Positions 10,620 through 20,815 of a stretch of 40,706 bases of DNA are shown piece after piece. The DNA is from an uncultured Roseivirgaceae bacterium (GTDB taxonomy: Bacteria; Bacteroidota; Bacteroidia; Cytophagales; Cyclobacteriaceae), in assembly GCA_964351425.1 (NCBI GenBank), contig CAYGOW010000002.1, positions 1-40,706 of the forward strand, in the 5' to 3' direction. How positions within the stretch are numbered: position 1 is the stretch's first letter; every line of letters starts with the position of its first letter. The position numbers were made by a program, and so were the translations under genes. Below the pieces are notes generated by a model. That model was not told where the DNA came from, searched no databases, and was given only the letters and a program-made list of their open reading frames with translations.

Positions 10620-11528
10620 TCATAAGACCTGCATCAGATGCGTGTAAAGAGAAACCATGGAATCAATATCCGCTTTGTGAACTTTTTCATTCGGAGAATG
10701 GACATTTTGTTCGGCCGCTCCAATGAAACACCAGTCAATAGGATACCCGGATTGCTGCAATTCCCGCCCGTCACTTGAACCTGCACCTTCTACTTCAAGC
10801 TGGAATGGAATACCTGCGGAGCTACTCTCGTGAATGATTTTATCAATGAAGGACCTCCGGGGGATGTTTCGGTCACGCATGGAAACCGCGGCGCCCATAC
10901 CAGGTCGCACCCCTTCTGTGATCCAGGTAATATCTGAAATCAGGGCCTGGTGGACCCCAAATTCTTCCGCCATAAACCTGGCTAGAAAGGGAACTGATCC
11001 GCCTCCGTGTTCCTCCCAACAACTAAATACAATCATACCATCCGTCAGGGTCTCGGCTACCCGAAGCGCGTTGTAGACCCCTAACCTGTTGTCAAGACTG
11101 CACGATGTGATGTAATTGGTGGTCTCCCTAAAATCGCATTTAAATGTAAGTGTAGTACCACGGTCAATTCCCCTGGGGAAATCGTAGCTAATCTGGTCGT
11201 CTTTTACCAGCAACTGACATTCAATCGGACCAAGACTGTCCTGCCCGGTGAGTACGTAACCCGAATCCGCGTCGGGTCCGCCGATAGAGACCAGTTGATC
11301 CTGGTAACGCACGGTAAACCCGACGCTGTCCATATGGGCAAAAATTGCTGTCCTGGGCGTACCAACTACGAGCACAAGACAATCCATAAATTTATCGCCA
11401 TAATACAGTGCAGGCTTCGATGACCAGCCGCCAGAATTTTCCTTGATGTAGTTAATTAAAAAATCACGCACCGGCATTTCACTTCCGGAAGGGGCGTGGA
11501 TACTACATAAATCTTTCAATAACTTCAT
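10620..11528 (-). CDS. M42 family metallopeptidase (glutamyl aminopeptidase / FrvX-like)
   Basis: Metal-ligand motifs AHMDSVGF, LDNRLG, WEEHGGG and NVHSPNE. The likely start is ATG 11528 (MKLLKDL); the track ORF extends to 11540. Confidence 0.8.
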   Translation of the reverse strand: MKLLKDLCSIHAPSGSEMPVRDFLINYIKENSGGWSSKPALYYGDKFMDCLVLVVGTPRTAIFAHMDSVGFTVRYQDQLVSIGGPDADSGYVLTGQDSLGPIECQLLVKDDQISYDFPRGIDRGTTLTFKCDFRETTNYITSCSLDNRLGVYNALRVAETLTDGMIVFSCWEEHGGGSVPFLARFMAEEFGVHQALISDITWITEGVRPGMGAAVSMRDRNIPRRSFIDKIIHESSSAGIPFQLEVEGAGSSDGRELQQSGYPIDWCFIGAAEQNVHSPNEKVHKADIDSMVSLYTHLMQVL

Positions 11529-11633
11529 AACTAAACTCAACAGTTTCTTCCTTCTTCTGTTTTTCGATTCTCTTTATTTTCTATATTTACCGATTGAAAG
11601 CATGAACTTCCTTTTTTAAAAGGCATTTTTTTA

Positions 11634-12278
11634 ATGATTCATATCCTTGACCAACAACCTTCTATAATCGACCAGTATCTCTATGAATTGAGGCACAAAG
11701 ATATCCAAAAGGATAGAGCCAGGTTTCGATTCAACATAAAAAGAACCGGAATTCTTTTAGCTACTGAAATTTCAAAACACCTGCCTTTTACGGATGTCGA
11801 TATTGAGACCCCGCTGGGAACAAAAAAAGCACGCAAACTGTCGGAATACCCGGTTTTGATAAGCATTCTCCGTGCCGGCCAGCCTCTGATGGAAGGCTTC
11901 CAGGAGGTCTTCGTGGATAGTGAATGTGGATTCATTGGTGCGTTTCGGATAGAAAAGGAAGGAAAGACACCATCTGTCGCCATGCGTTATCAGGCTATTC
12001 CAGACCTGACTTCGAAGACTGTTATTGTTGTGGATCCGATGTTGGCCACCGGCAATTCAATTGTCAGTACGTTGAATGAATTGGCAGGGCTTGGCGCAGC
12101 ACATATTCATATAGCCTGTGTGGTGGCGGCACCTGAAGGAATTAAGCATATCGAAGAAGAAATTTCAATTCCATATACATTATGGATTGCCTCAATGGAT
12201 GATAAACTAAACAAAGAAGCCTATATTGTACCCGGATTAGGAGATGCCGGTGACCTTTCGTACGGCACAAAGCTATAA
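11634..12278 (+). CDS. upp: Uracil phosphoribosyltransferase
   Basis: PRPP motif VIVVDPMLATGNS and C-terminal YIVPGLGDAGD. Confidence 0.93.
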   Translation: MIHILDQQPSIIDQYLYELRHKDIQKDRARFRFNIKRTGILLATEISKHLPFTDVDIETPLGTKKARKLSEYPVLISILRAGQPLMEGFQEVFVDSECGFIGAFRIEKEGKTPSVAMRYQAIPDLTSKTVIVVDPMLATGNSIVSTLNELAGLGAAHIHIACVVAAPEGIKHIEEEISIPYTLWIASMDDKLNKEAYIVPGLGDAGDLSYGTKL

Positions 12279-12281
12279 TAT

Positions 12282-13229
12282 ATGTTACTAACAGTTGGCA
12301 CGTTACTATTTGGTTTGGTAATCCTGATTTTGGGTGGTGAATTGCTTGTCAGGGGATCTACAAGTATTGCCTTAAAGGCGAAAATTTCACCATTGGTGGT
12401 GGGATTAACAATCGTTGCTTTTGGAACCTCAGCCCCCGAACTACTCATTTCCGTTAAGGCCGCTTTATCTGGAAGCCCCGATATGACCATGGGGAATGTG
12501 GTGGGCTCTAATATTTGCAACCTGGCGCTGGTACTTGGGTTGACCGCTGTTATCGGACCGATCAATGTAAATACTGACAGCATTAAAATTGATTGGCCGG
12601 TTGCCATGGGGAGCTCATTATTGCTTTACTTCCTGCTTCGTACGGTTAGCCCCTCGCTCACCTGGATGCATGGAATCCTCTTCATCCTGTTATTGGCCGG
12701 GTATACCTTCTATATTGTCAGAAAATCAAGAAGAGAGACCAAGGCGCAAATGACAACGGGACTTGACTTGCCAACTGCGAGTAATAGCCCGGTAAGAGAT
12801 ATTTTATACATTCTGATCGGTTGTCTGGGATTGTATTTTGGCGCTGACTGGTTTGTTGGTGCTGCACGAAACCTGGCTCTTGATCTTGGGGTTAGCGAAC
12901 GGGTAATCGGGATAACAGTACTGGCGCTGGGTACATCGTTACCCGAATTGGTGACGGCGGTGGTCGCATCGGTCAAGGGGGAAACGGACCTGGCCGTCGG
13001 TAATCTGATTGGTTCAAATATCTTCAATATCCTCTCAATCCTTGGAATCACGAGCCTGATTACACCCATTGATGTAAGTGCGGAAATCATTAATTATGAT
13101 CTGGTAGCCATGATTATAATTACCCTCCTGGTTCTGCCGCTGATGTTGTATAAACGAAGAATGAGTAAACTTTCCGGTATCATATTGTTGTTATCATATG
13201 TGTACTACACATATTCTGTTGTTATCTAG
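12282..13229 (+). CDS. CaCA-family cation/Ca2+ antiporter (YrbG-like)
   Basis: Two alpha-repeats (GTSAPE and GTSLPE) and about 10 TM segments. Confidence 0.88.
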   Translation: MLLTVGTLLFGLVILILGGELLVRGSTSIALKAKISPLVVGLTIVAFGTSAPELLISVKAALSGSPDMTMGNVVGSNICNLALVLGLTAVIGPINVNTDSIKIDWPVAMGSSLLLYFLLRTVSPSLTWMHGILFILLLAGYTFYIVRKSRRETKAQMTTGLDLPTASNSPVRDILYILIGCLGLYFGADWFVGAARNLALDLGVSERVIGITVLALGTSLPELVTAVVASVKGETDLAVGNLIGSNIFNILSILGITSLITPIDVSAEIINYDLVAMIIITLLVLPLMLYKRRMSKLSGIILLLSYVYYTYSVVI

Positions 13230-13240
13230 AAAATTGATTC

Positions 13241-13693
13241 ATGGTCTGGAAATTTGTGTCAATTGTATTATTGACAATGTTAAAATTTATAGCTGGCCCA
13301 ACTTTGGGGTATGCCGGAGGATTTTCTCTGGTTACCACCATATCTATGACCGTGATAGGGATGATGCTAAGCGTAGTGCTATTCACTTTCCTCGGGAGCG
13401 TTCTGAAGGAAAAGATTCTTGATCGAATTTTTGTAAAGCGGAGAAAGTTTACAGCCCGTAACAGACGGGTTATCAGGGTATGGAGGAAATATGGATTGAA
13501 TGGCGTGGCATTCCTGACCCCATTGATTTTTACGCCTATCGGTGGTACCCTGCTGCTAACAAGTTTCGGAAGTCCAAGGAAGAAAATCTTACTATCTATG
13601 CTCGCCAGCGCGGTGTTCTGGGCGGTGGTTTTTTCAACTATTATTCACATTTTCGGGGATCAGGTATTACCCGAATTCATGCGCGCCTCCTGA
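13241..13693 (+). CDS. Hypothetical 4-TM membrane protein
   Basis: 150 aa with four hydrophobic segments and a strongly basic central loop (KRRKFTARNRRVIRVWRK). Located 11 nt after the antiporter gene. No family recognised. Confidence 0.55.
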   Translation: MVWKFVSIVLLTMLKFIAGPTLGYAGGFSLVTTISMTVIGMMLSVVLFTFLGSVLKEKILDRIFVKRRKFTARNRRVIRVWRKYGLNGVAFLTPLIFTPIGGTLLLTSFGSPRKKILLSMLASAVFWAVVFSTIIHIFGDQVLPEFMRAS

Positions 13694-14605
13694 TCAGCCT
13701 TCTCCTTCATCCTCATCCGGGAGAATCTCTATATTCTCAATAAGCACCTGCTTTGAGATACGCTGTCCGGTTGGTGTTGCCGCCAGTCCGCCCATGGCGG
13801 TCTCTTTATAACGGGCTTCCATGCTTTGTCCCACTTCACCCATTGCATCCACGCATTCATCTACTGGAATGACCGCATCGACCTGACTCAGGGAAATCTG
13901 AGCAGAGGAATAAGCTATAGCGGCAGCACTGGCATTCCGTACGACACACGGTACTTCAACCAGTCCGGCTACAGGATCACAAACAAGGCCGAGTGTGCAT
14001 TGAATGGTGATAGCTACCGCGTTGAATATTTGATCAATACTTCCGCCCAGGCAATATACAATGGCCCCGGAAGCCATGGCTGCGGCACTGCCTGTTTCTG
14101 CCTGGCATCCGCCTACCGCACCCGCAAGCGATGCCCGTCGTTCGATTATCAGGGCAATGCCCGCACCAACCAATAACCCTTCAAGAATTATTTTGTCGTC
14201 CAGCTTATGGATTTCCTGAAGCGTAACGAGTGTACCCGGGAGAATGCCGGAAGCACCGGCGGTGGGAGCAGCGACAATGCGGCCCATACAGGAGTTAACC
14301 TCCTTTGCTGCCAGTGCGCGTGCGATCAGTTGCTGGAATTCGGTGGACAAAACAGTGTAGGAAGATTGGGACACTTTTTTTGCCCCGTTATTAATCATTC
14401 CGGAACGGCTGGTCATATCTTCTTTCAGGCCAGTTTGAACAGCTTCTTTCATAACCGTGTAGGCCTCGTGGAGCTTGTCAAAAATGAACGTCCGGTCGTG
14501 CCCTTTCTGGTGCTCCTCGTATTCTATTACGGGCTCGATCAGAGATACATTTTTCTCTTCACAATATGCTTTCCATGAATTGAAGTCTTGAAAACTGAAT
14601 GCCAT
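13694..14605 (-). CDS. sdaAA: L-serine dehydratase, iron-sulfur dependent, alpha subunit
   Basis: Collinear with SdaAA. Cluster-ligand motifs GGCQAE and LVCDPVAGLVEVPC, plus APTAGASGILPG. Confidence 0.88.
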   Translation of the reverse strand: MAFSFQDFNSWKAYCEEKNVSLIEPVIEYEEHQKGHDRTFIFDKLHEAYTVMKEAVQTGLKEDMTSRSGMINNGAKKVSQSSYTVLSTEFQQLIARALAAKEVNSCMGRIVAAPTAGASGILPGTLVTLQEIHKLDDKIILEGLLVGAGIALIIERRASLAGAVGGCQAETGSAAAMASGAIVYCLGGSIDQIFNAVAITIQCTLGLVCDPVAGLVEVPCVVRNASAAAIAYSSAQISLSQVDAVIPVDECVDAMGEVGQSMEARYKETAMGGLAATPTGQRISKQVLIENIEILPDEDEGEG

Positions 14606-14643
14606 AGCTGTGTTTTTTACAAAGGTAGCGAAACGTGCAGGTC

Positions 14644-14684
14644 AAAAAAAACCCTGTAGTGAAGCAAATACTTCAACTACAGGG
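14644..14684 (-). terminator. Rho-independent terminator downstream of rho
   Basis: 13-bp GC-containing stem (14652..14664 / 14671..14684, one bulged base, 6-nt loop). On the minus strand it is followed by 8 U (A run 14644..14651). Confidence 0.85.
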
Positions 14685-14709
14685 TTAAAATTTCAGTTTG
14701 AAACGTACG

Positions 14710-16434
14710 TTATCCGTTCATTGAGATCAGGAATTCCTCGTTGTTTCTTGTTCCTTTCATTTTTGAAAGAAGGAAATCCATGGCTTCGTTTGAATTCATG
14801 TCAGACATGAATTTTCGCAGGATCCATACGCGTTGTAATTCTTCTTCAGACATGAGAAGATCTTCACGCCGCGTTCCGGAAGCCGGTACGTCAATGGCAG
14901 GATAGATACGCTTGTTCGATAATTTACGATCAAGCTGTAATTCCATATTACCTGTACCTTTGAATTCTTCAAAGATAACCTCGTCCATTTTCGAACCGGT
15001 CTCGATCAAGGCGGTCGCGATGATGGTTAGTGAACCGCCATTTTCGACATTTCGTGCTGCACCAAAGAATCGTTTTGGTTTATGCAATGCATTGGCGTCA
15101 ACACCACCCGACAAGATTTTACCTGAAGACGGAACAACCGTATTGTAGGCGCGGGCCAATCGTGTGATACTATCCAGGAGGATAACTACATCATGGCCAC
15201 ATTCTACCATTCGTTTGGCTTTTTCAAGAACCATGCTTGAAACCTTCACATGACGTTCCGCTTGTTCGTCGAAAGTAGAAGCAATAACTTCAGCTTTCAC
15301 ACTGCGGGCCATATCAGTGACTTCTTCCGGACGCTCATCGATCAAAAGAATGATCAGGTAGCATTCTGGATGATTTTCAGCAATGGCGTTTGCCACGTTC
15401 TTAAGCAAAACCGTTTTACCTGTTTTTGGTTGTGCTACAATCATTCCCCGCTGACCTTTTCCTATAGGAGAGAAAAGATCAAGGATACGTGCCGAATAGT
15501 TATCAGGACGTCCGCTTAATTTTATTTTTTCTTCAGGGAACAATGGCGTCAGGTATTCAAAAGAGACCCGGTCGCGAATTTGATCGGTGGTTTTACCATT
15601 CACCGTTTCTACGCGCAACAGTGCGAAATACTTTTCGCCTTCTTTAGGAGGTCGGATCTGTCCTTTGACTGTATCACCCGTTTTCAGGCCAAATAATTTA
15701 ATTTGGGAAGGTGAAACGTAGATATCATCCGGACTCGCCAAATAATTGTAGTCAGAAGAGCGAAGGAATCCATATCCGTCAGACATGATCTCAAGAACGC
15801 CTTCGTTTTCGATGATTCCATCAAAATCCTTAATACTGGCTTCTTTTTTCTTGTGCTGATTCCGGTCGCGGTTATCGTTTTTGTCTCTTCCGCCGGAATC
15901 TTTCCCTTTATTGGAATCATTTCCTTTGTCTCGAGCGGATGAATCATCTCCTTTAGGCGAATTGTCTTTTCGTCTATTGCTGTTATTGGAACGGCTATCG
16001 TTTGAGTCCTTTGACTCTTTTTTCTCCCCTTTCTCTCCTTCAACTTCTACACCGAATGATTCGAGAACATCTGTCTTCTCTGCCGGCTTGGCAGCATCAT
16101 CATCCGTTTTGACATTTTCGCGCTTGCGAGGTGTCTTTTTATTAGAGGGTTTATTATCCCTCTTCTGACGATTGGCCGGCTTTTTCTGTCGGTCATCGTT
16201 TTTGGTGTCGTTGTCATCCGATGGCTCATCGTCTGATTTTTTATCATCGACTTTGTTGTCTGCCGGGGCTTTTTTCTTAGGAAGCTTGTCTTCTGGTGTG
16301 CGTGCCTGTTCATCAAGAATTTGATAAACCAGGTCCTGTTTAGATAATTTCTTATAGTTTTTAAGACCAAGCTCTTCGGCTATCTCTTTGAGTTCAGAGA
16401 GAAGCCTGACATTGAGTTCTTCAATTGTGTACAT
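14710..16434 (-). CDS. rho: Transcription termination factor Rho with large N-terminal insertion
   Basis: Contains the Rho N-terminal helix bundle, the OB/CSD RNA-binding domain ([15 protein letters not shown]) and Walker A PKTGKT. The C-terminal RecA-like domain is collinear with E. coli Rho. An extra stretch of about 155 aa is rich in K/D/N/S/R. Confidence 0.97.
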   Translation of the reverse strand: MYTIEELNVRLLSELKEIAEELGLKNYKKLSKQDLVYQILDEQARTPEDKLPKKKAPADNKVDDKKSDDEPSDDNDTKNDDRQKKPANRQKRDNKPSNKKTPRKRENVKTDDDAAKPAEKTDVLESFGVEVEGEKGEKKESKDSNDSRSNNSNRRKDNSPKGDDSSARDKGNDSNKGKDSGGRDKNDNRDRNQHKKKEASIKDFDGIIENEGVLEIMSDGYGFLRSSDYNYLASPDDIYVSPSQIKLFGLKTGDTVKGQIRPPKEGEKYFALLRVETVNGKTTDQIRDRVSFEYLTPLFPEEKIKLSGRPDNYSARILDLFSPIGKGQRGMIVAQPKTGKTVLLKNVANAIAENHPECYLIILLIDERPEEVTDMARSVKAEVIASTFDEQAERHVKVSSMVLEKAKRMVECGHDVVILLDSITRLARAYNTVVPSSGKILSGGVDANALHKPKRFFGAARNVENGGSLTIIATALIETGSKMDEVIFEEFKGTGNMELQLDRKLSNKRIYPAIDVPASGTRREDLLMSEEELQRVWILRKFMSDMNSNEAMDFLLSKMKGTRNNEEFLISMNG

Positions 16435-16745
16435 GAATTAAAATCTGGCTGTGTTTTGAAAAATTGTATACTGTAAGCTATCAAATAGGTTTTGACATGG
16501 GACCCTGCGTGCGTTAGGAATGCTGCAAGAAGAGTATTAGATATAGATTAATGATCTGCGTCTGATACAGGCCTACTGGAAAGCTTCGCCTGTTTGATAG
16601 TGCAATAATAGATGAATGGCGGGCAATTATCAAATAATTGGTTGTAAATAATCTTATCCGGTGCAATTAATTCTCATTTAGACATTTTCTGGCTTATTTT
16701 GCAATTCAATTGTCTAACCACCGATCATCAAGCTCATAAATACAG

Positions 16746-18029
16746 ATGCTATTACTTTCCTATATCAAAGAAAATCAGGAGGAAGTTATTAAGGGGCTCC
16801 AAAAGCGCCATTTTCCTGAAGCTGACAAGACGATCTCCAAAGTATTATTACTGGATGAAGAACGACGATCGACTCAGGCCGATAATGATCAGGCACTGCA
16901 TGAGATGAATACACTTTCCCGTCAGATTGGTCAATTGATGAAAGAAGGAAAACGTGAGGAAGCTGAAGAGGTCAAGGCAAAAACATCTTCCCTCAAGACC
17001 ATGACCAAAGAGTTGGGAGATTCGTTAAGCCGTATTGAAAAAGAACTGGAGATGCTGTTGCTTTCGATTCCTAATATACCTAACCAGGAAGTTCCGGAAG
17101 GCAATAGTGAGGCGGATAATGACATTGTTTTTCAACATGGAAAGGCGCCTGATTTATATGAGGGTGCTAAACCGCATTGGGAACTGATCAAGGAATACGA
17201 CATCATTGATTTCGATCTTGGAATCAAAATCACGGGCGCAGGATTCCCCGTTTATAAAGGTGCCGGGGCTCGTTTGCAACGCGCAATGATTAATTTCTTT
17301 CTGGATGAGGCGAGAAGAGAGGGGTATACAGAAATTCAACCGCCCATAGTGATCAATGAGGCGAGCGGTTACGGTACGGGGCAGCTGCCGGACAAGGACG
17401 GACAGATGTACCATATCAATGAAGAAAATTTTTATTTAATTCCAACGGCGGAGGTTCCTATCACCAATTTGTATCGTGACGTGATTTTAACATCCGATCA
17501 ACTACCTGTGAAGAATGTTGGCTATACTCCCTGCTTTCGTCGGGAAGCAGGCAGCTGGGGCTCCCATGTCCGTGGATTGAACCGCCTCCATCAGTTTGAT
17601 AAGGTCGAAATCGTGCGTATCGAAAAGCCGGAAGATTCTTCCAATACACTCAAGGAAATGTGTCAATATGTGCAGGGTCTGTTGGAGAAACTTGAATTAC
17701 CCTACCGTGTACTGAATTTATGTACGGCAGACCTGTCATTTACATCTGCTCAAACATTTGACATGGAAGTTTATTCGGCGGCACAGGATAAATGGCTTGA
17801 AGTCAGCTCGGTCAGTAACTTTAAGACATATCAGTCAAATCGTCTGAAGCTGCGATATCGCGTAGAAGGCGAATCAAAACCTCAACTTCTGCATACGTTA
17901 AACGGAAGCGCCTTGGCTTTACCAAGAATACTGGCTGCCATTCTTGAAAATAACCAAACGGCAGATGGTATTAAGATTCCCTCGGTACTTGTGCCCTATA
18001 CGGGATTTGAAAAAATAGTGCATGAATAA
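16746..18029 (+). CDS. serS: Seryl-tRNA synthetase
   Basis: N-terminal coiled-coil arm plus class II core motifs (FRREAGS, TLNGSALA). Confidence 0.96.
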   Translation: MLLLSYIKENQEEVIKGLQKRHFPEADKTISKVLLLDEERRSTQADNDQALHEMNTLSRQIGQLMKEGKREEAEEVKAKTSSLKTMTKELGDSLSRIEKELEMLLLSIPNIPNQEVPEGNSEADNDIVFQHGKAPDLYEGAKPHWELIKEYDIIDFDLGIKITGAGFPVYKGAGARLQRAMINFFLDEARREGYTEIQPPIVINEASGYGTGQLPDKDGQMYHINEENFYLIPTAEVPITNLYRDVILTSDQLPVKNVGYTPCFRREAGSWGSHVRGLNRLHQFDKVEIVRIEKPEDSSNTLKEMCQYVQGLLEKLELPYRVLNLCTADLSFTSAQTFDMEVYSAAQDKWLEVSSVSNFKTYQSNRLKLRYRVEGESKPQLLHTLNGSALALPRILAAILENNQTADGIKIPSVLVPYTGFEKIVHE

Positions 18030-18157
18030 AGATTCAGCGGCCATCTTCACCCTAAGGTCACCGTTCGTATAATTTTATGCCTTTTCGTGCTTCGAGATGG
18101 GATTACTTCTGTTTCAGATGATTAAATTCACTACCTGAAGCTAAATATCCTGAACTC

Positions 18158-20308
18158 ATGAAAGTACTTTCCCTTATTATAATTTGTTTGTCCATCGTGA
18201 TCTTGTCCTGCCAGTCAAAACTGGAAAAAGAAGATGTCGCGGCCATGGATTATCCTGAAACCCCAAAAGTAGACACAGTGGATGTATATTTTGGTACTGA
18301 AGTAGCCGACCCATATCGCTGGCTGGAAGATGACCGGTCCGACGAGACGGCTAAATGGGTGGAGGCACAAAATGAAGTAACTTTTGGCTACCTCAATGAC
18401 ATTCCGTTCCGGGATGCCATCCGCGACCGGCTTAAAGGTCTTTTAAATTATGCACGAATAAGTGCGCCAAGGAAACATGGCGATTATTACTACTTCTATC
18501 GCAATGATGGTCTTCAAAATCAAAGCGTCCTGTATCGCAAGACGGCTCTGGACGGTGAGGAGGAAGTTTTTCTTGATCCCAATAACTTCAAGGAAGACGG
18601 TACAATTTCCCTGGCGGGTTCCAGTTTTTCTAAGGATGGTACGCTGTATGCCTTTCTCATTTCTGAGGGAGGATCGGACTGGCGAAAGGCGATTGTTTTA
18701 AATACAGAAAACAAAGACCAGGTCGGAGATACATTACGAAATATTAAATTCTCCGGTATTTCCTGGAAAGGCACGGAGGGCTTTTATTACAGCAGCTACG
18801 ACCAACCAAAAGATGGTTCCGTGCTCTCTGCCAAAACACAGTACCATAAACTTTATTACCATAAAATGGGTACCCCCCAATCCGAAGATCAGCTTGTGTT
18901 TGGCGGGGAGAAACAACCCAGGCGGTATATCGGAGGATATTTAACCGATGACCAACGCTTCCTCATTATCAGCGCCTCGGAAAGCACCAGTGGGAATCAA
19001 TTGTATATTCAGGACCTGCAGGATACCGGGGGAGACATCAGGGAGATCGTAGGAGATTTTGACAATGAATATAGTGTCATTGCAAATGATGGCGATCGAT
19101 TACTGGTTTATACAAATCTGAATGCCCCGAATTACCGCGTGGTTGCCATGGATTTTCAGCAACCCGAAAAAGAAAACTGGGTGGATGTAATACCGGAAAC
19201 GGAAAATGTGCTGAGCGCTTCCACTGCAGGCGGATACATCTTCGCGAGTTACCTCATAGATGCTAAAACAGCAGTCAAACAATATTCAATGACAGGAGAC
19301 TTTGTGCGCGATATTGAATTACCGGGCATCGGAACGGCCGGCGGTTTTGGCGGGGAGCCGGAAGATGAGACGCTTTATTATACTTTTACATCGTTTACCT
19401 ACCCGAGCACCATTTTTGAATATGATATTGCATCGGGTACATCAACGCTTTATGAACGGCCGGATATTGACTTCAATCCGGAGGATTATGAAACCAAGCA
19501 AGTCTTCTACACCAGCAAAGACGGAACGAAGGTGCCCATGTTCATTGTCCATAAAAAAGGACTTGAATTGGATGGAAAGAATCCAACCTACCTATACAGT
19601 TATGGCGGCTTTAATGTAAGCCTGCGTCCGTCATTCTCAACATCGCGGATCGTGTGGTTGGAGAATGGAGGAATTTACGCACAACCTAATATTCGGGGTG
19701 GCGGAGAATATGGCGAAGAATGGCACCTGGCAGGGACAAAAATGCAGAAACAAAATGTTTTTGATGACTTCATCGCCGCGGGAGAATTCTTGATTGAAAA
19801 TGGCTACACCGACCATGATCATCTGGCAATTGCCGGGGGATCGAATGGTGGCTTGCTGGTTGGAGCGACAATGACACAGCGTCCTGACCTGGCTAAAGTG
19901 GCATTTCCCGCCGTTGGGGTTATGGACATGTTGCGTTATCATACATTTACAGCAGGCGCCGGGTGGGCGTATGATTATGGGACCTCCGAAGATTCGAAAG
20001 AAATGTTTGATTATTTACTCGGGTATTCTCCAGTTCATAATCTAAAAGACGGAGTTTCATACCCTGCTACCTTGGTAACGACGGCAGATCACGATGACCG
20101 GGTGGTTCCTGCTCATTCCTTTAAATTCGCAGCCACCCTGCAAGAGAAGCATGTGGGTGATAATCCGGTATTGATTCGGATCGAAACGGATGCCGGCCAT
20201 GGTGCGGGTACACCGATATCCAAGACAATCGAGCAGCAGGCCGATATTTATGCCTTCGCCTGGTACAATATGGGTGTGGTACCACCAATGGCAAAGTCTA
20301 AGCAATAA
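18158..20308 (+). CDS. Prolyl oligopeptidase (S9A family), probable lipoprotein
   Basis: Beta-propeller N-terminal region and catalytic GGSNGG, DDRV and GHG motifs. Signal peptide ending in ILSC. Confidence 0.9.
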   Translation: MKVLSLIIICLSIVILSCQSKLEKEDVAAMDYPETPKVDTVDVYFGTEVADPYRWLEDDRSDETAKWVEAQNEVTFGYLNDIPFRDAIRDRLKGLLNYARISAPRKHGDYYYFYRNDGLQNQSVLYRKTALDGEEEVFLDPNNFKEDGTISLAGSSFSKDGTLYAFLISEGGSDWRKAIVLNTENKDQVGDTLRNIKFSGISWKGTEGFYYSSYDQPKDGSVLSAKTQYHKLYYHKMGTPQSEDQLVFGGEKQPRRYIGGYLTDDQRFLIISASESTSGNQLYIQDLQDTGGDIREIVGDFDNEYSVIANDGDRLLVYTNLNAPNYRVVAMDFQQPEKENWVDVIPETENVLSASTAGGYIFASYLIDAKTAVKQYSMTGDFVRDIELPGIGTAGGFGGEPEDETLYYTFTSFTYPSTIFEYDIASGTSTLYERPDIDFNPEDYETKQVFYTSKDGTKVPMFIVHKKGLELDGKNPTYLYSYGGFNVSLRPSFSTSRIVWLENGGIYAQPNIRGGGEYGEEWHLAGTKMQKQNVFDDFIAAGEFLIENGYTDHDHLAIAGGSNGGLLVGATMTQRPDLAKVAFPAVGVMDMLRYHTFTAGAGWAYDYGTSEDSKEMFDYLLGYSPVHNLKDGVSYPATLVTTADHDDRVVPAHSFKFAATLQEKHVGDNPVLIRIETDAGHGAGTPISKTIEQQADIYAFAWYNMGVVPPMAKSKQ

Positions 20309-20310
20309 GC

Positions 20311-20790
20311 ATGGAAATCAGACGAGGAAATAAAGAAGACCTCCCAAGGGTTCTTGAGCTGATCAAAGAATTAGCTGCTTTTGAACGAGCCCCGGATGCG
20401 GTGACCGTAACTGTTACAGATATGGAGCGTGACGGGTTTGGGCCAAATCCCTTGTATGGATTTTTCGTAGCGGAAGAATCTCCCGGTGAAATCATTGGCC
20501 TTGCCTTGTATTACTATCGCTATTCGACCTGGAAGGGTAAAAGGATGTATCTCGAAGATATCGTTGTAACCGAGTCACATCGGGGGAAAGGGGTTGGGAG
20601 CCAATTATTTGACCACGTCATAGCCCAGGGAATTCAGGACGATTGTACCGGCATGATGTGGCAGGTGCTGGACTGGAATGAAAGTGCCATCACATTTTAC
20701 AGAGATAAATACGGTGCTGACCTTGACGGAGAATGGATCAATTGCTCGCTCTCTCGGGAGGAAATGATCAAGCATCGCGAATCGGCGTAA
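20311..20790 (+). CDS. GNAT family N-acetyltransferase (diamine/SSAT-like)
   Basis: Acetyl-CoA motif HRGKGVGSQL. 159 aa. Located 2 nt after the peptidase gene. Confidence 0.8.
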   Translation: MEIRRGNKEDLPRVLELIKELAAFERAPDAVTVTVTDMERDGFGPNPLYGFFVAEESPGEIIGLALYYYRYSTWKGKRMYLEDIVVTESHRGKGVGSQLFDHVIAQGIQDDCTGMMWQVLDWNESAITFYRDKYGADLDGEWINCSLSREEMIKHRESA

Positions 20791-20815
20791 TGCCACAACA
20801 GTTTTCAGCAAGTAC

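Noticed and set aside
16435-16745. T-box or other known riboswitch upstream of serS.
   Set aside because: I could find no T-box-like specifier/antiterminator arrangement and no terminator hairpin with a U tract before the serS ATG. T-boxes are not expected in this lineage.
20380-20420. Short VTVTVT-encoding repeat (gtgaccgtaactgttaca) and other local low-complexity DNA, such as the DnaJ Gly run at 7380..7510, as possible repeat elements.
   Set aside because: They are in-frame coding low-complexity segments of the GNAT and DnaJ genes. They are not dispersed or tandem non-coding repeats.
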